Origin: Macrostomum lignano
Lineage: Eukaryota
Length of the DNA: 64,000 bases
Assembly (NCBI GenBank): GCA_002269645.1
Contig: NIVC01000392.1
Span: 124,001 to 188,000, forward strand
Reading direction: 5' to 3'
Shown: in pieces, positions 21,685 through 32,400 of the stretch
How positions within the stretch are numbered: position 1 is the stretch's first letter
Layout: every line of letters starts with the position of its first letter
Translations under genes and position numbers: made by a program
Notes under the pieces: model-generated
Database searches by the model: none
The model's input: only the letters and a program-made list of their open reading frames with translations
Told to the model about the DNA's origin: nothing

Positions 21685-24600
21685 TCATTGCTGGTTGCAG
21701 CACCTGGCTCGCAGGACCGTGAACAGCCGCTTGAATGCTGCCCGAAACTGTCTATTGCAATAGGCGTAGATGAGGCTGTTAGTTGAGAAATGCATGATGT
21801 AGAGTGTCTGGGCGCACCTGCGAACCAGATTGAATTGCATCATCGATTTCTCGGGAGCGTAGCGGCCAAGTACGAAATGACCAAATAGTAAAGCGATGTA
21901 GTTGGGGAAGCTGCACACCAGGTAGCCCAGCGAGAAACCGATCAGCATCCTCGTTACCTGGAGTTTGAATTGTGCAAATTCGGTCACACAGTAGCTTATA
22001 TTGTCTGTCACACAGTAGCTTATATTGTCTGTCACGTAGTAGCTTATATTGTCTGTCACACAGTAGCTTATATTGTCTGTCACACAGTAGCTTATATTGT
22101 CTGTCACACAGAAGCTTATATTGTCTGTCACACAGTAGCTTGTATTGTCTGTCACACAGTAGCTTATATTGTCTGTTATACAGAACCTTATATTGTCTGT
22201 CACACAGCAGCTTATACTGTCTGTCACACAGCAGCTTATACTGTCTGTCACACGGCAGCTTATACTGTCTGTCACACAGCAGCTTATATTGTCTGTCACA
22301 CAGTAGCTTGTATTGTCTGTCACACAGTAGCTTTTTTATATTGTCTGTTATACAGTAGCTTATATTGTCTGTCACACAGTAGCTTATTTATATTGTCTGT
22401 TATACAGTAGCTTATTGTGTCTGTCACACAGTACCTTATATTGTCTGTCACACAGTAGCTTATATTGTCTGTCACACAGTAGCTTATATTGTCTGTCACA
22501 CAGTAGCTTGTATTGTCTGTCACACAGTAGCTTATATTGTCTGTTATACAGAACCTTATATTGTCTGTCACACAGCAGCTTATATTGTCTGTCACACAGT
22601 AGCTTATATTGTCTGTCACACAGTAGCTTATATTGTCTGTCACACAGTAGCTTATTTATATTGTCTGTCACACAGTAGCTTATATTGTCTGTCACACAGT
22701 AGCTTATATTGTCTGTCACACAGTAGCTTATATTGTCTGTCACACAGTAGCTTATATTGTCTGTCACACAGTAGCTTATATTGTCTGTCACACAGTAGCT
22801 TATATTGTCTGTCACATAGTAGCTTATATTGTCTGTCACACAGTAGCTTATATTGTCTGTCACACAGTAGCTTATATTGTCTGTCACACAGAAGCTTATA
22901 TTGTCTGTCACACAGTAGATTGTATTGTCTGTCACACAGTAGCTTATATTGTCTGTTATACAGAACCTTATATTGTCTGTCACACAGCAGCTTATACTGT
23001 CTGTCACACAGCAGCTTATACTGTCTGTCACACGGCAGCTTATACTGTCTGTCACACAGCAGCTTATATTGTCTGTCACACAGTAGTTTGTATTGTCTGT
23101 CACACAGTAGCTTATTTATATTGTCTGTTATACAGTAGCTTATATTGTCTGTCACACAGTAGCTTATATTGTCTGTCACATAGTAGCTTATATTGTCTGT
23201 CACATAGTAGCTTATATTGTCTGTCACACAGTAGCTTATATTGTCTGTCACACAGTAGCTTGTATTGTCTGTCACACAGTAGCTTATATTGTCTGTTATA
23301 CAGAACCTTATATTGTCTGTCACACAGCAGCTTATACTGTCTGTCACACGGCAGCTTATACTGTCTGTCACACAGCAGCTTATACTGTCTGTCACACGGC
23401 AGCTTATACTGTCTGTCACACAGAAGCTTATATTGTCTGTCACACAGCAGCTTATACTGTCTGTCACACGGCAGCTTATACTGTCTGTCACACAGCAGCT
23501 TATATTGTCTGTCACACAGTAGCTTGTATTGTCTGTCACACAGTAGCTTATTTATATTGTCTGTTATACAGTAGCTTATATTGTCTGTCACACAGTAGCT
23601 TATATTGTCTGTCACACAGTAGCTTATATTGTCTGTCACATAGTAGCTTATATTGTCTGTCACACAGTAGCTTATATTGTCTGTCACACAGTAGCTTGTA
23701 TTGTCTGTCACACAGTAGCTTATATTGTCTGTTATACAGAACCTTATATTGTCTGTCACACAGCAGCTTATACTGTCTGTCACACAGCAGCTTATACTGT
23801 CTGTCACACAGTAGCTTATACTGTCTGTCACACGGCAGCTTATACTGTCTGTCACACAGAAGCTTATATTGTCTGTCACACAGCAGCTTATACTGTCTGT
23901 CACACGGCAGCTTATACTGTCTGTCACACAGCAGCTTATACTGTCTGTCACACAGCAGGTAACATCAAATATTACTACGAGTATAGCTGTTGAGGTACGC
24001 ACTGGCTATGATGGCTATCAATCTAAAGGTCATTAATGTGCACGCAAATCAGCTGAGTGCCGCATACACATGTATCAATACCTGATACTGCTGTCGCTGT
24101 GCCGGCGGTGTGCTGCCGACAAGAGACGAGAGACGCCTAGCAGGGCCGACTTCTTGCAGCTCAACCCCTTCATTTACTGCCCCAACTCCCGGAGGCGAAT
24201 TGCTCCCGTTCCAGTTTTCCTCGGCCGCACGTCGAGCAACGCAAGTTTTTCTTTGACGAGTCAGAAATCTACTGATAGTGCAGGCGACGTATGAGTTGAT
24301 TACAATAAGCAGCAAGCCGGGCACGAATGAGCATACCAGGCTGTCAAGCAGAAACAGCAGCTTTCCGGCTCTCTCGCCCATGCACACAACAGTAGTGTTA
24401 GTTCCAGGGTGCGGCCCGTAGCTCACGCTCCAGTTCACCTGGAATATCGGGCCACATTAGCAAAGACTTGGGATGATACTCGATGACGTCATCAAATGAT
24501 TTATCAATTTTATTGCCTCCAATTCTGCGAGTTCATCCAAGTGTTATTCGATTATCCTACATACACGTACGTCATTAAAGAAAGCTTTGACTCTTTGACG

Positions 24601-26212
24601 TCATTAAACGATGTTTTGATTCTATGACGTCATTAAACGATGTTTTGATTCTATGACGCATTTAACGATGTTTTGATTCTATGACGTCATTAAAGAAAGC
24701 TTTTGTTCTATGACGTCATTAAAGAAATCTTTGACTCTATGACGTCATTAAAGAAAGCTTTGGTTCTATGACGTCATTAAACGATGTTTTGATTCTATGA
24801 CGTCATTAAACGATGTTTTGATTCTATGACTTCATTAAACGATGTTTTGATTCTATGACGTCATTAAACGATGTTTTGATTCTATGACGTCATTAAAGAA
24901 AGCTTTGATTCTATGACTTTATTAAACGATGTTTTGATTCTATGACGTCATTAAACGATGTTCTGATTCTATGACGTCATTAAACGATGACTTGGTTCCA
25001 TGACGTCATCAAACAATGCCTTGGTTCTATGACGTCATTTGTGGCGTTTGTGCCATGGACAATGAACTTTTCCTGTTTTCCGTATGCAACACCCCGGCCC
25101 CTTGTCTGAATCACTGCGTCTCTGTCTGGTTTCTCATCTCCGTCTCTCTCTCTCTGTCTGTCTGTCTGTGTGTGACTCACCTCATTGTCTGTATCCCTGC
25201 ACTGTCTATGTGCGTCCCACTGCCTTCCCTCTACGAAGCTCGGGGCGTACCCACCCCAAATATACTGAATATGAGCCTCCCACTCTGCTTGGGAAGGGGG
25301 GCATCCCTTTCCGGTATCTCTCTGCAATTTTCAGTTCAACAGAGCAAACTATTTTGCGGTACAAGCCAGCCTTTGCCTTTCAAGGTTATTACATTATTAA
25401 ACGATGTTTAAATTTTATGACGTCTTTCCAGCGACGCTTTGATTCTATGATGTGGATGTCCTCAAACAGTGCAAACTCAGCTTGAAATTAATTTATGACG
25501 CCATCAAATGATGAGTATATGAGGTCATCGTATGATAGTTTATTACTATAATTTTTGTTGATTTGAGTGACCAAGTATTACTGTAATACTGAACTTGGCA
25601 ATAGCTACTTTCAGTAGTTGAGCTCACCTGAAGATTCCAAGTCAATCCAACAGCCGCCACCGCATAGGTGACAATTTTAGCCTTCACAGCTCGCGACCAC
25701 CCGGTGCCGTAGCCGCGACCACTGGCCCCGTCGGGACTGACGGATTGTGGACCGACCTTCATGCCGCTGGAGCTCCCGCCCGCTTCACCACCGCTATTGT
25801 TGCTGAACGCAGCGTCCACCTCCTGGCCAACTTCGACACCGCCGTGATTCCACAGGATCATAAATCGATCTAAGGTGATGGCCACCAGCAGCCAAGCGCT
25901 TAGAAACGTAGCCAAACTGTACACATAGTACAGACCGTAGCAGGCTGCCGCAGACAGGTGCTGCAGGTTCAACCAGTCCACAAGACAGAACACCACCAGC
26001 AGGGTGAAATCATTCAGAGACAGCCATCGGAGCAACGCAGACAGGTAGTGCCGTCGCACCGGTTCGGCGCAGAACACGCAGAAATTGATTAGATTGGCTA
26101 GAGAGCCGGTGCACAGTAGGGCTGTGTCTACACTATAGAGCAATGCCATAGCGATGCTGTAGGCCTCAACAGCCAGGCTTGTAACGATTGAATCGTGGGA
26201 GAAGTTCCGCAT
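21685..26212 (-). CDS. 3-exon class A GPCR, peptide-receptor-like, 404 aa; exons 26212-25628, 24438-24082, 21957-21685
   Basis: All junctions are GT-AG, phase 0 and frame-consistent; TM1 GSLAN, TM2 LSLND, TM3 AITLDRF, TM5 SFVPGLLLIVIN, TM6 YLVCSFP, TM7 TNSLIY, helix 8 NRQFRAAF. Confidence 0.87.
21983..23958. repeat. 24-bp minisatellite (CACACAGTAGCTTATATTGTCTGT) filling GPCR2 intron 2, with internal block duplications
   Basis: Periodicity; the diagnostic variant GTTATACAGAACC recurs at ~22177, 22545, 22955, 23295 and 23731. Confidence 0.97.
24590..25037. repeat. 29-bp minisatellite carrying TGACGTCA (CRE palindrome) in GPCR2 intron 1
   Basis: Unit TGACGTCATTAAACGATGTTTTGATTCTA, ~15 copies, most with the intact octamer. 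Confidence 0.93.
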
Positions 26213-26569
26213 GACTGACCGCTTCTGTGTGATTCAGGAATGATGCTACAGGCCTGCGTGAATCTGCTGCCAAGACGCATTCTGTATGTATGGCAGCTGC
26301 AGGCGCCTGCTATTGGTCCACGAGCTAAGGACCAATAAGAGTGCGAGTTGCGACACTCACGGCATTGCTTAGGGGGGCAGCATGGGTCTCATGAATTAAA
26401 GATTCGGCTTGTTTATCTTTACTAGATTGGGAGCGGAATTATCTGGATAGGAACTTGGGTCATAGAATATCTGGGAAGGCAAGTGCAGCTGTCTACATGT
26501 AATTGCAAAACGCCTTATATTTGAGTAAAGCTAACACAGTTTTTTAAGTTATAAAGTATGACCGTCTGT

Positions 26570-27200
26570 CTGGCTTAGTGTCTGTCCGTCTCTATGTGCT
26601 TAGTGTCTGTCTGTCTCTATGTGCTTTGTGTCTATCTGTCTCTATGTGTCTTAGTGTCTGTCTGTCTCTGTGTCTTAGTGTCTGTCTGTCTCTATGTGTC
26701 TTAGTGTCTGTCTCTATGTGTCTTAGTGTCTTTCTGTCTCTATGTGTCTTAGTGTCTGTCTGTCTCTATGTGTCTTAGTGTCTGTCTGTCTCTATGTGTC
26801 TTAGTGTCTGTCTGTCTCTATGTGTCTTAGTGTCTGTCTGTCTCTATGTGTCTTAGTGTCTGTCTGTCCCTATGTGTCTTAGTGTCTGTCTGTCTCTCTG
26901 TGTCTTAGTGTCTGTCTGTCTCTATGTGTCTTAGTGTCTGTCTGTCTCTATGTGTCTTAGTGTCTGTCTGTCTCTATGTGTCTTAGTGTCTGTCTGTCTC
27001 TCTGTGTCTTAGTGTCTGTCTGTCTCTATGTGTCTTAGTGTCTGTCTGTCTGTCTCTATGTGTCTTAGTGTCTGTCTGTCTGTCTCTATGTGTCTTAGTG
27101 TCTTAGTGTCTCTATGTGTCTGTCTGTCTGTCTGTCTGTCTCTATGTGTCTTAGTGTCTGTCTGCCTCTATGTGTCTTACTGTCTGTCTGTCTTGTCTTT
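26570..27200. repeat. ~26-bp GT/CT-rich minisatellite (GTGTCTGTCTGTCTCTATGTGTCTTA)
   Basis: Read directly. Confidence 0.94.
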
Positions 27201-28004
27201 TTGTTTGTCTGCGTCTGTGTGCCGTTTTCAGGTTTTACTGTCCTCTTTTAGAAAGCGAAATTCCGGCCATGCAGGTCGTATTTTTTGTGACAGTAAAAAA
27301 CAGAGAGGTGTTCCTGGAAACAACAATGTTGATTCTGTCCTCTCGTCCACTTTATACGCGACAGTCTGAATTTGGCGATTAAGGGGATGGAAGAATGGAA
27401 AATTGAAATTAGAAATCGGATTTTAGGATCAAATAGCAGCTTATTAGGTAATTTATAAATTAATTAGTCTAATTAGACCAACCGTCTCAAAGTTTAATTT
27501 CCGCATAAAAAGCGAAATCCCAGCCTACTAATCCCCTTGCAAGAGACAAGGAAGCCTAGCAACGAAACTGAGACAAAGAAAAAACCTTTTTGACTTCAAG
27601 CACCGCCGTTTTTATTAAACCGAAGGCAACTCAAACAAATTAATTAATTATTATTAGGAAATATCGACAGCTATAGTGGATAACACATTACAATACGATT
27701 CTCGAACTGTTTTCTTTTCTTTAACGTGTATAAACTAGTAATAATTACCCTACGTTTTATAAAGTACATTTTGGTGTCACTAAAGTTTCAGCTACCGGAA
27801 CTCTGAGGCAAAATCAATTTCTAAAGACAAAAAATAATTGAAACAGGTTCAACTAAAGTAATTAAACAGTAGATAATGAATGTGCCAATAAATATCACCT
27901 GTAATCGGATAGCAAATTGTAATAACCAATGAGATGTGGATCAGGGTAAATAAACAATAGGGAGATTACATGTAAGGATATGGTTTCTGGGGTGAGACAA
28001 AAAT

Positions 28005-28745
28005 GGGGAGATTAATTATGGGATTGTGGAGAAGATTAGAGATGGGGATTCTGGTAAGAGGGAGAATGGAGATAAGAGATGGGGATTCTGGGAAGAAGGG
28101 AGAATGGGGATTAGAGATGGGGATTCTGGGAGGAAGGGAGAATGGGGATTATAGATGGGGATTCTGGGAGGAAGGGAGAATGGGGATTAGAGATGGGGAT
28201 TCTGGGAAGAAGGGAGACTGGGGATAAGAGATGGGGATTCTGGGAGGAAGGGAGAATGGGGATAAAAGATGGGGATGTTGGGAAGGGAGAATGGGGAGAT
28301 CAGATATGGGGATTTTGGGAGGAAGGGAGAATGGGGATAAAAGATAAGGATTCTAAGAAGAAGGGAGAAATGGGGATAAGAGATGGGGATTCTGGGAAGA
28401 AGGGAGAATGGGGAGATTAGAGATGGGGATTTTGGGAAGAAGGAAGAATGGGGAGATTAGATACGGGGATTCTGGGAGGAAGGGAGAATGGGGAGATTAG
28501 ATACGGGGATTCTGGGAGGAAGGGAGAATGGGGAGATTAGATACGGGGATTCTGGGAGGAAGGGAGAATGGGGAGATTAGATACGGGGATTCTGGGAGGA
28601 AGGGAGAATGGGGAGATTAGATATGGGGATTCTGGGAGGAAGGGAGAATGGGGAGATTAGATACGGGGATTCTGGGAGGAAGGAAGAATGGGGAGATTAG
28701 ATACGGGGATTCTGGGCGGAAGGGAGAATGGGGATTAGAGATGGT
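28005..28745. repeat. ~40-bp purine-rich minisatellite (GGGAGATTAGATACGGGGATTCTGGGAGGAAGGGAGAATG)
   Basis: Read directly; four G-runs per unit. Confidence 0.93.
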
Positions 28746-29439
28746 TGATTGTAGGCACAGATGCTCTTCGGTAGAAGTGAAGTCAAAGAAGCATGTACAG
28801 AAAAATCAAGGCTAGGCTTTCATGCCTCCAGAAGCAAAAGAAAAAACCAATAAAGCACGCTAACGATTCTCATTAAAAATCGTTTGCAGTTGAAAAAAGT
28901 GCATAATGCACTTTAACATATACGCGAATGTTCCCTGTTTGATCTTCAGTTCTTGCCTAGCAACTAACTAGGAGATTAAGCGATTAAAGCAAATTAGCGA
29001 CAATGTGCATACTATTATATATAAGCAATAAAATTGCAATAGAGTAAAAAAGCAAAAAGATGGAAAAAGAAGACTTAATGAATAAAAACAGGAACTAAAT
29101 ATCAGGCCAAGATGCCGCCCTCATCACAGGCTAATCATACAATAAGTTAACCAACTAATGCCCATGAACACCCACACACAAATATTTATCGATATATTAA
29201 TTAGGACAGGTAATTAACAATAAAATTACGTAAATAACAGATTTCTAGGATTTAAAAGCTACAGGAATTCAATGCCTGAAAATAAGTCTGCAGCTTATAA
29301 TGGTACAGACTTAAACAGGATTTATACTTTACAGATATTCTGCTTGTAGCACTCGAAACTTTAACACTAAAAAAATCGCAATAGGTGTTGATTAAAACAA
29401 CACAGGCCGGATCGGCTTTGCACCCTCAGGTCAGGAGAG

Positions 29440-32400
29440 TTATTTTGCTTTCTTCTTGGTAGCGACATCTTCTTCTAGGAGAGTTCTCAGATCGGCCAGA
29501 GCCTTCACGATGGTTCCGCCGAAACGCTTTGAGTCCTGCGAGATAGATTAGCAATCCATTTTATTCTAACTCAACTATATATGATTGGCTAGATTAGCAA
29601 TCCATTCTATTCCAATTCATGTATATATGATTGGCTAGATTAGCAATCCATTCTATTCCAATTCATGTATATATGATTGGCTAGATTAGCAATCCATTCT
29701 ATTCCAAGTTATCTATATATTATAGGCTAGATTAGCAATCCATTTATTCCAATTTATCTATATATGATTGGCTAGACTAGCAATCCATTCCATTCGATAT
29801 TTAAGCAGCAAAAGCTACACGAACCGTCTTGTCGCAGCTGACGCGACTGCTGACGTGAAAGAAGACGGTGTTCTCCCCAGCAATGATGTAGGACACACCA
29901 TAGCCGTCCTGAGACACGGGCCCGAAGCCGCCGCCAGCGCTCAAAAAGTCGGGATGCTTCTCCAAGTCCAGCACGTTAGTCTGTCCGTGCGGAGTCTGCG
30001 AGGTGGACAGCTTCCACTGGCAGTGCAGCGCCTTCTCCAGGAAAGGCGACTGGGTCTTGCAGTACTTGGACACCACGTACAGGGTAAACAGGTGCCGGTC
30101 CACGCCTTTGCCAGTCATGGCGTCCCGGTACATTGTCTGGTGCTTCTCCGAGGCTTGCCGGAGCAGGCGGACAACTTCCTCATTCTGGAAAAAAACAGCG
30201 ATTGGGTTAGGCGGGGTCACGTGACCTCTGCTGGGCCGGATTGGTTGAACGATACGAACCCCTATTGGATAAATAAGACGCGGTCACGTGACCTCTGCTG
30301 GGCCGGACTGTTATGGCCCACCCTATCAAATCATTTATAAATTTTAGGCGGAGCTCTATTAAGCTTGCACGATCAAAAGTACCTTGTCTTGATCGAGGAG
30401 AAAAAATGCACACTTTTTATATTGCTGCCTTTTTATTCGATACCCCTTTTCGTATTTCAGAGCCAGTGAATAATGTGTCAGTAGTGTAATTAGATTTTTG
30501 CACTAATTAAATTTAGAAAACATTTTCCTTTACTTACTTCTGTAAGTAGTGTAATTAGATTGTCTCCCTAATTAAATTTAGACAACATTTTGCTTTACTT
30601 TCTTCTGTAAGTAGTGTAATTCGTTTTTTCTCACTAATTTAAATAATTTGAATTCAAGGTTACATTTTACTTTACTTTTTACTGTCAGTAATGTAATTCG
30701 ATTACTAACTAATTAAGTTTAGGCTACATTTTACTTTACTTTCTTCTGTCAGCAGTGTAATTAGATTTTCTTACTAATTGACTTTAGGCTGCATTTTAAT
30801 TCCCTCTCTACAGTCAGTAGTGTAATTAGATTCACACTAATTAAGTTTAGGCTACATTTTACTGTACTTTCTACTGTCAGTAGCCTATCGAGAACCAGTT
30901 GCACAGCGCCGCAGGTGAAACTCACGCTAGCGCCGCTTTCCATAGCGCGAACAAACGCGCACGACTCGTTGGTGCAGGACCGGACGGTCTCCGTGCGGCC
31001 CTCCTTGAACAGCCGGGTCATGGAGGCCTCGTAGGTCAGGCAGAACTCGCCGCCGCTGTCCCTGAAGTACGCCAGCTGCAGGGCCAGCTGGATGAACGCG
31101 TCGGGGCTCATCGAGCAGCGCTTCATGGCGCCTTTGCCGAACTGCCGGTGGACGACCAGGTGAAGGTCGACGTCGTTCAGCAGGTCGGTGGCAACCCGAA
31201 GCTGGCTGGCAATGACGGAGCGACAGGCGTCGTTGAGGTCCCACTGCAGGCGGATGGGGTTGGGCACGTTGTTGCGCGTCTGACCGCGGCAGTGACCGTT
31301 GGACCGGTAGCTGTGGGAGCGCAGCAATTCAATGATGATGCTGATTGATAAGATTCAAAGTACGAGGGCTACTTTTAGATAAGTTTCGAATGTTGAAAAA
31401 GTTTTGCAAATCATTTTCGGTAAGCTGACAAAATATCGAGCTTGTGAAAGCGACCGCAGTTCAATGGTTATTCATAGGATTTTTATGTGGGGGGACAAAG
31501 CCAAGAACTCAGCATATACTCGTACATGTACATGACTAAACTCCTACATGTCTAGTATTTTAAGAATCGGTGTTGTCAGCGCTCATTTTGGCGCCGCAGG
31601 CACTCATTTTGGCGCCTCAGGGATTCCTTTTGGCGCCGCAGGCACTCATTTTGGCGCCTCAGGGATTCCTTTTGGCGCCGCAGGCACTCATTTTGGCGCC
31701 TCAGGGATTCCTTTTAGCACCGCAGGCACTTATTTTAGCGCCGCAGGCACTCATTTTAGCACCACAGGCACTCATTTTAGCACCGCAGGCACTCATTTTA
31801 GCACCGCAGGCACTCATTTTAGCACCGCAGGCACTCATTTTGGCGCTCTGAAGAAAAATTATTGATTACCACCACAACGGGTCACAAGGTGGGGGGGGGG
31901 AAACACTGGTATGTACCCCATATCATGTCCTCCGTAGCCTGATTCATATAATTAGCTAGATTAGCAAATCTTTAATACCATCATTTATAGAATTGGCTAG
32001 ATTAGCAATCTATTCAATTCCATCCATATGATTGGCTTTTATATTTATTAGAGTCAGGAGTCTGTGTGCACCCTGGCGCACTTTAAGCGACACTGTCACA
32101 CAACCGGCGAGAGGCATTGCTGCCCATTCCGCCGACTCCCCTGAGCAGGCACACAAGCGCGCGGATACGTGCGCAGTCAGACGCACAGGCACACACTCAC
32201 ACAGGAGTGTACAGCGGCCCTGACTTTATTTATCGTTAGGCATGTACACTTCACTGTGCCTTGGGGCTTGGCCCTCAAGACTGTTAATGCACGATCAGAG
32301 CCAAGCCTCAAATTAATGTGACTGCACTTGGAATCGAGCTTGGGCCGCTGGCACATCAGAGCGCCGCGCCAGACCACCATCGACAGTCTTGGCTGCCTTG

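Noticed and set aside
19850-24002. Long ORFs over the CTGTC, CTACACT and 24-bp arrays (VLSCP, TLSLHS, CVTDNISY, LLCDRQYK)
   Set aside because: They are by-products of stop-poor repeats, open in several frames and strands; the 24-bp array lies within a well-defined GPCR intron.
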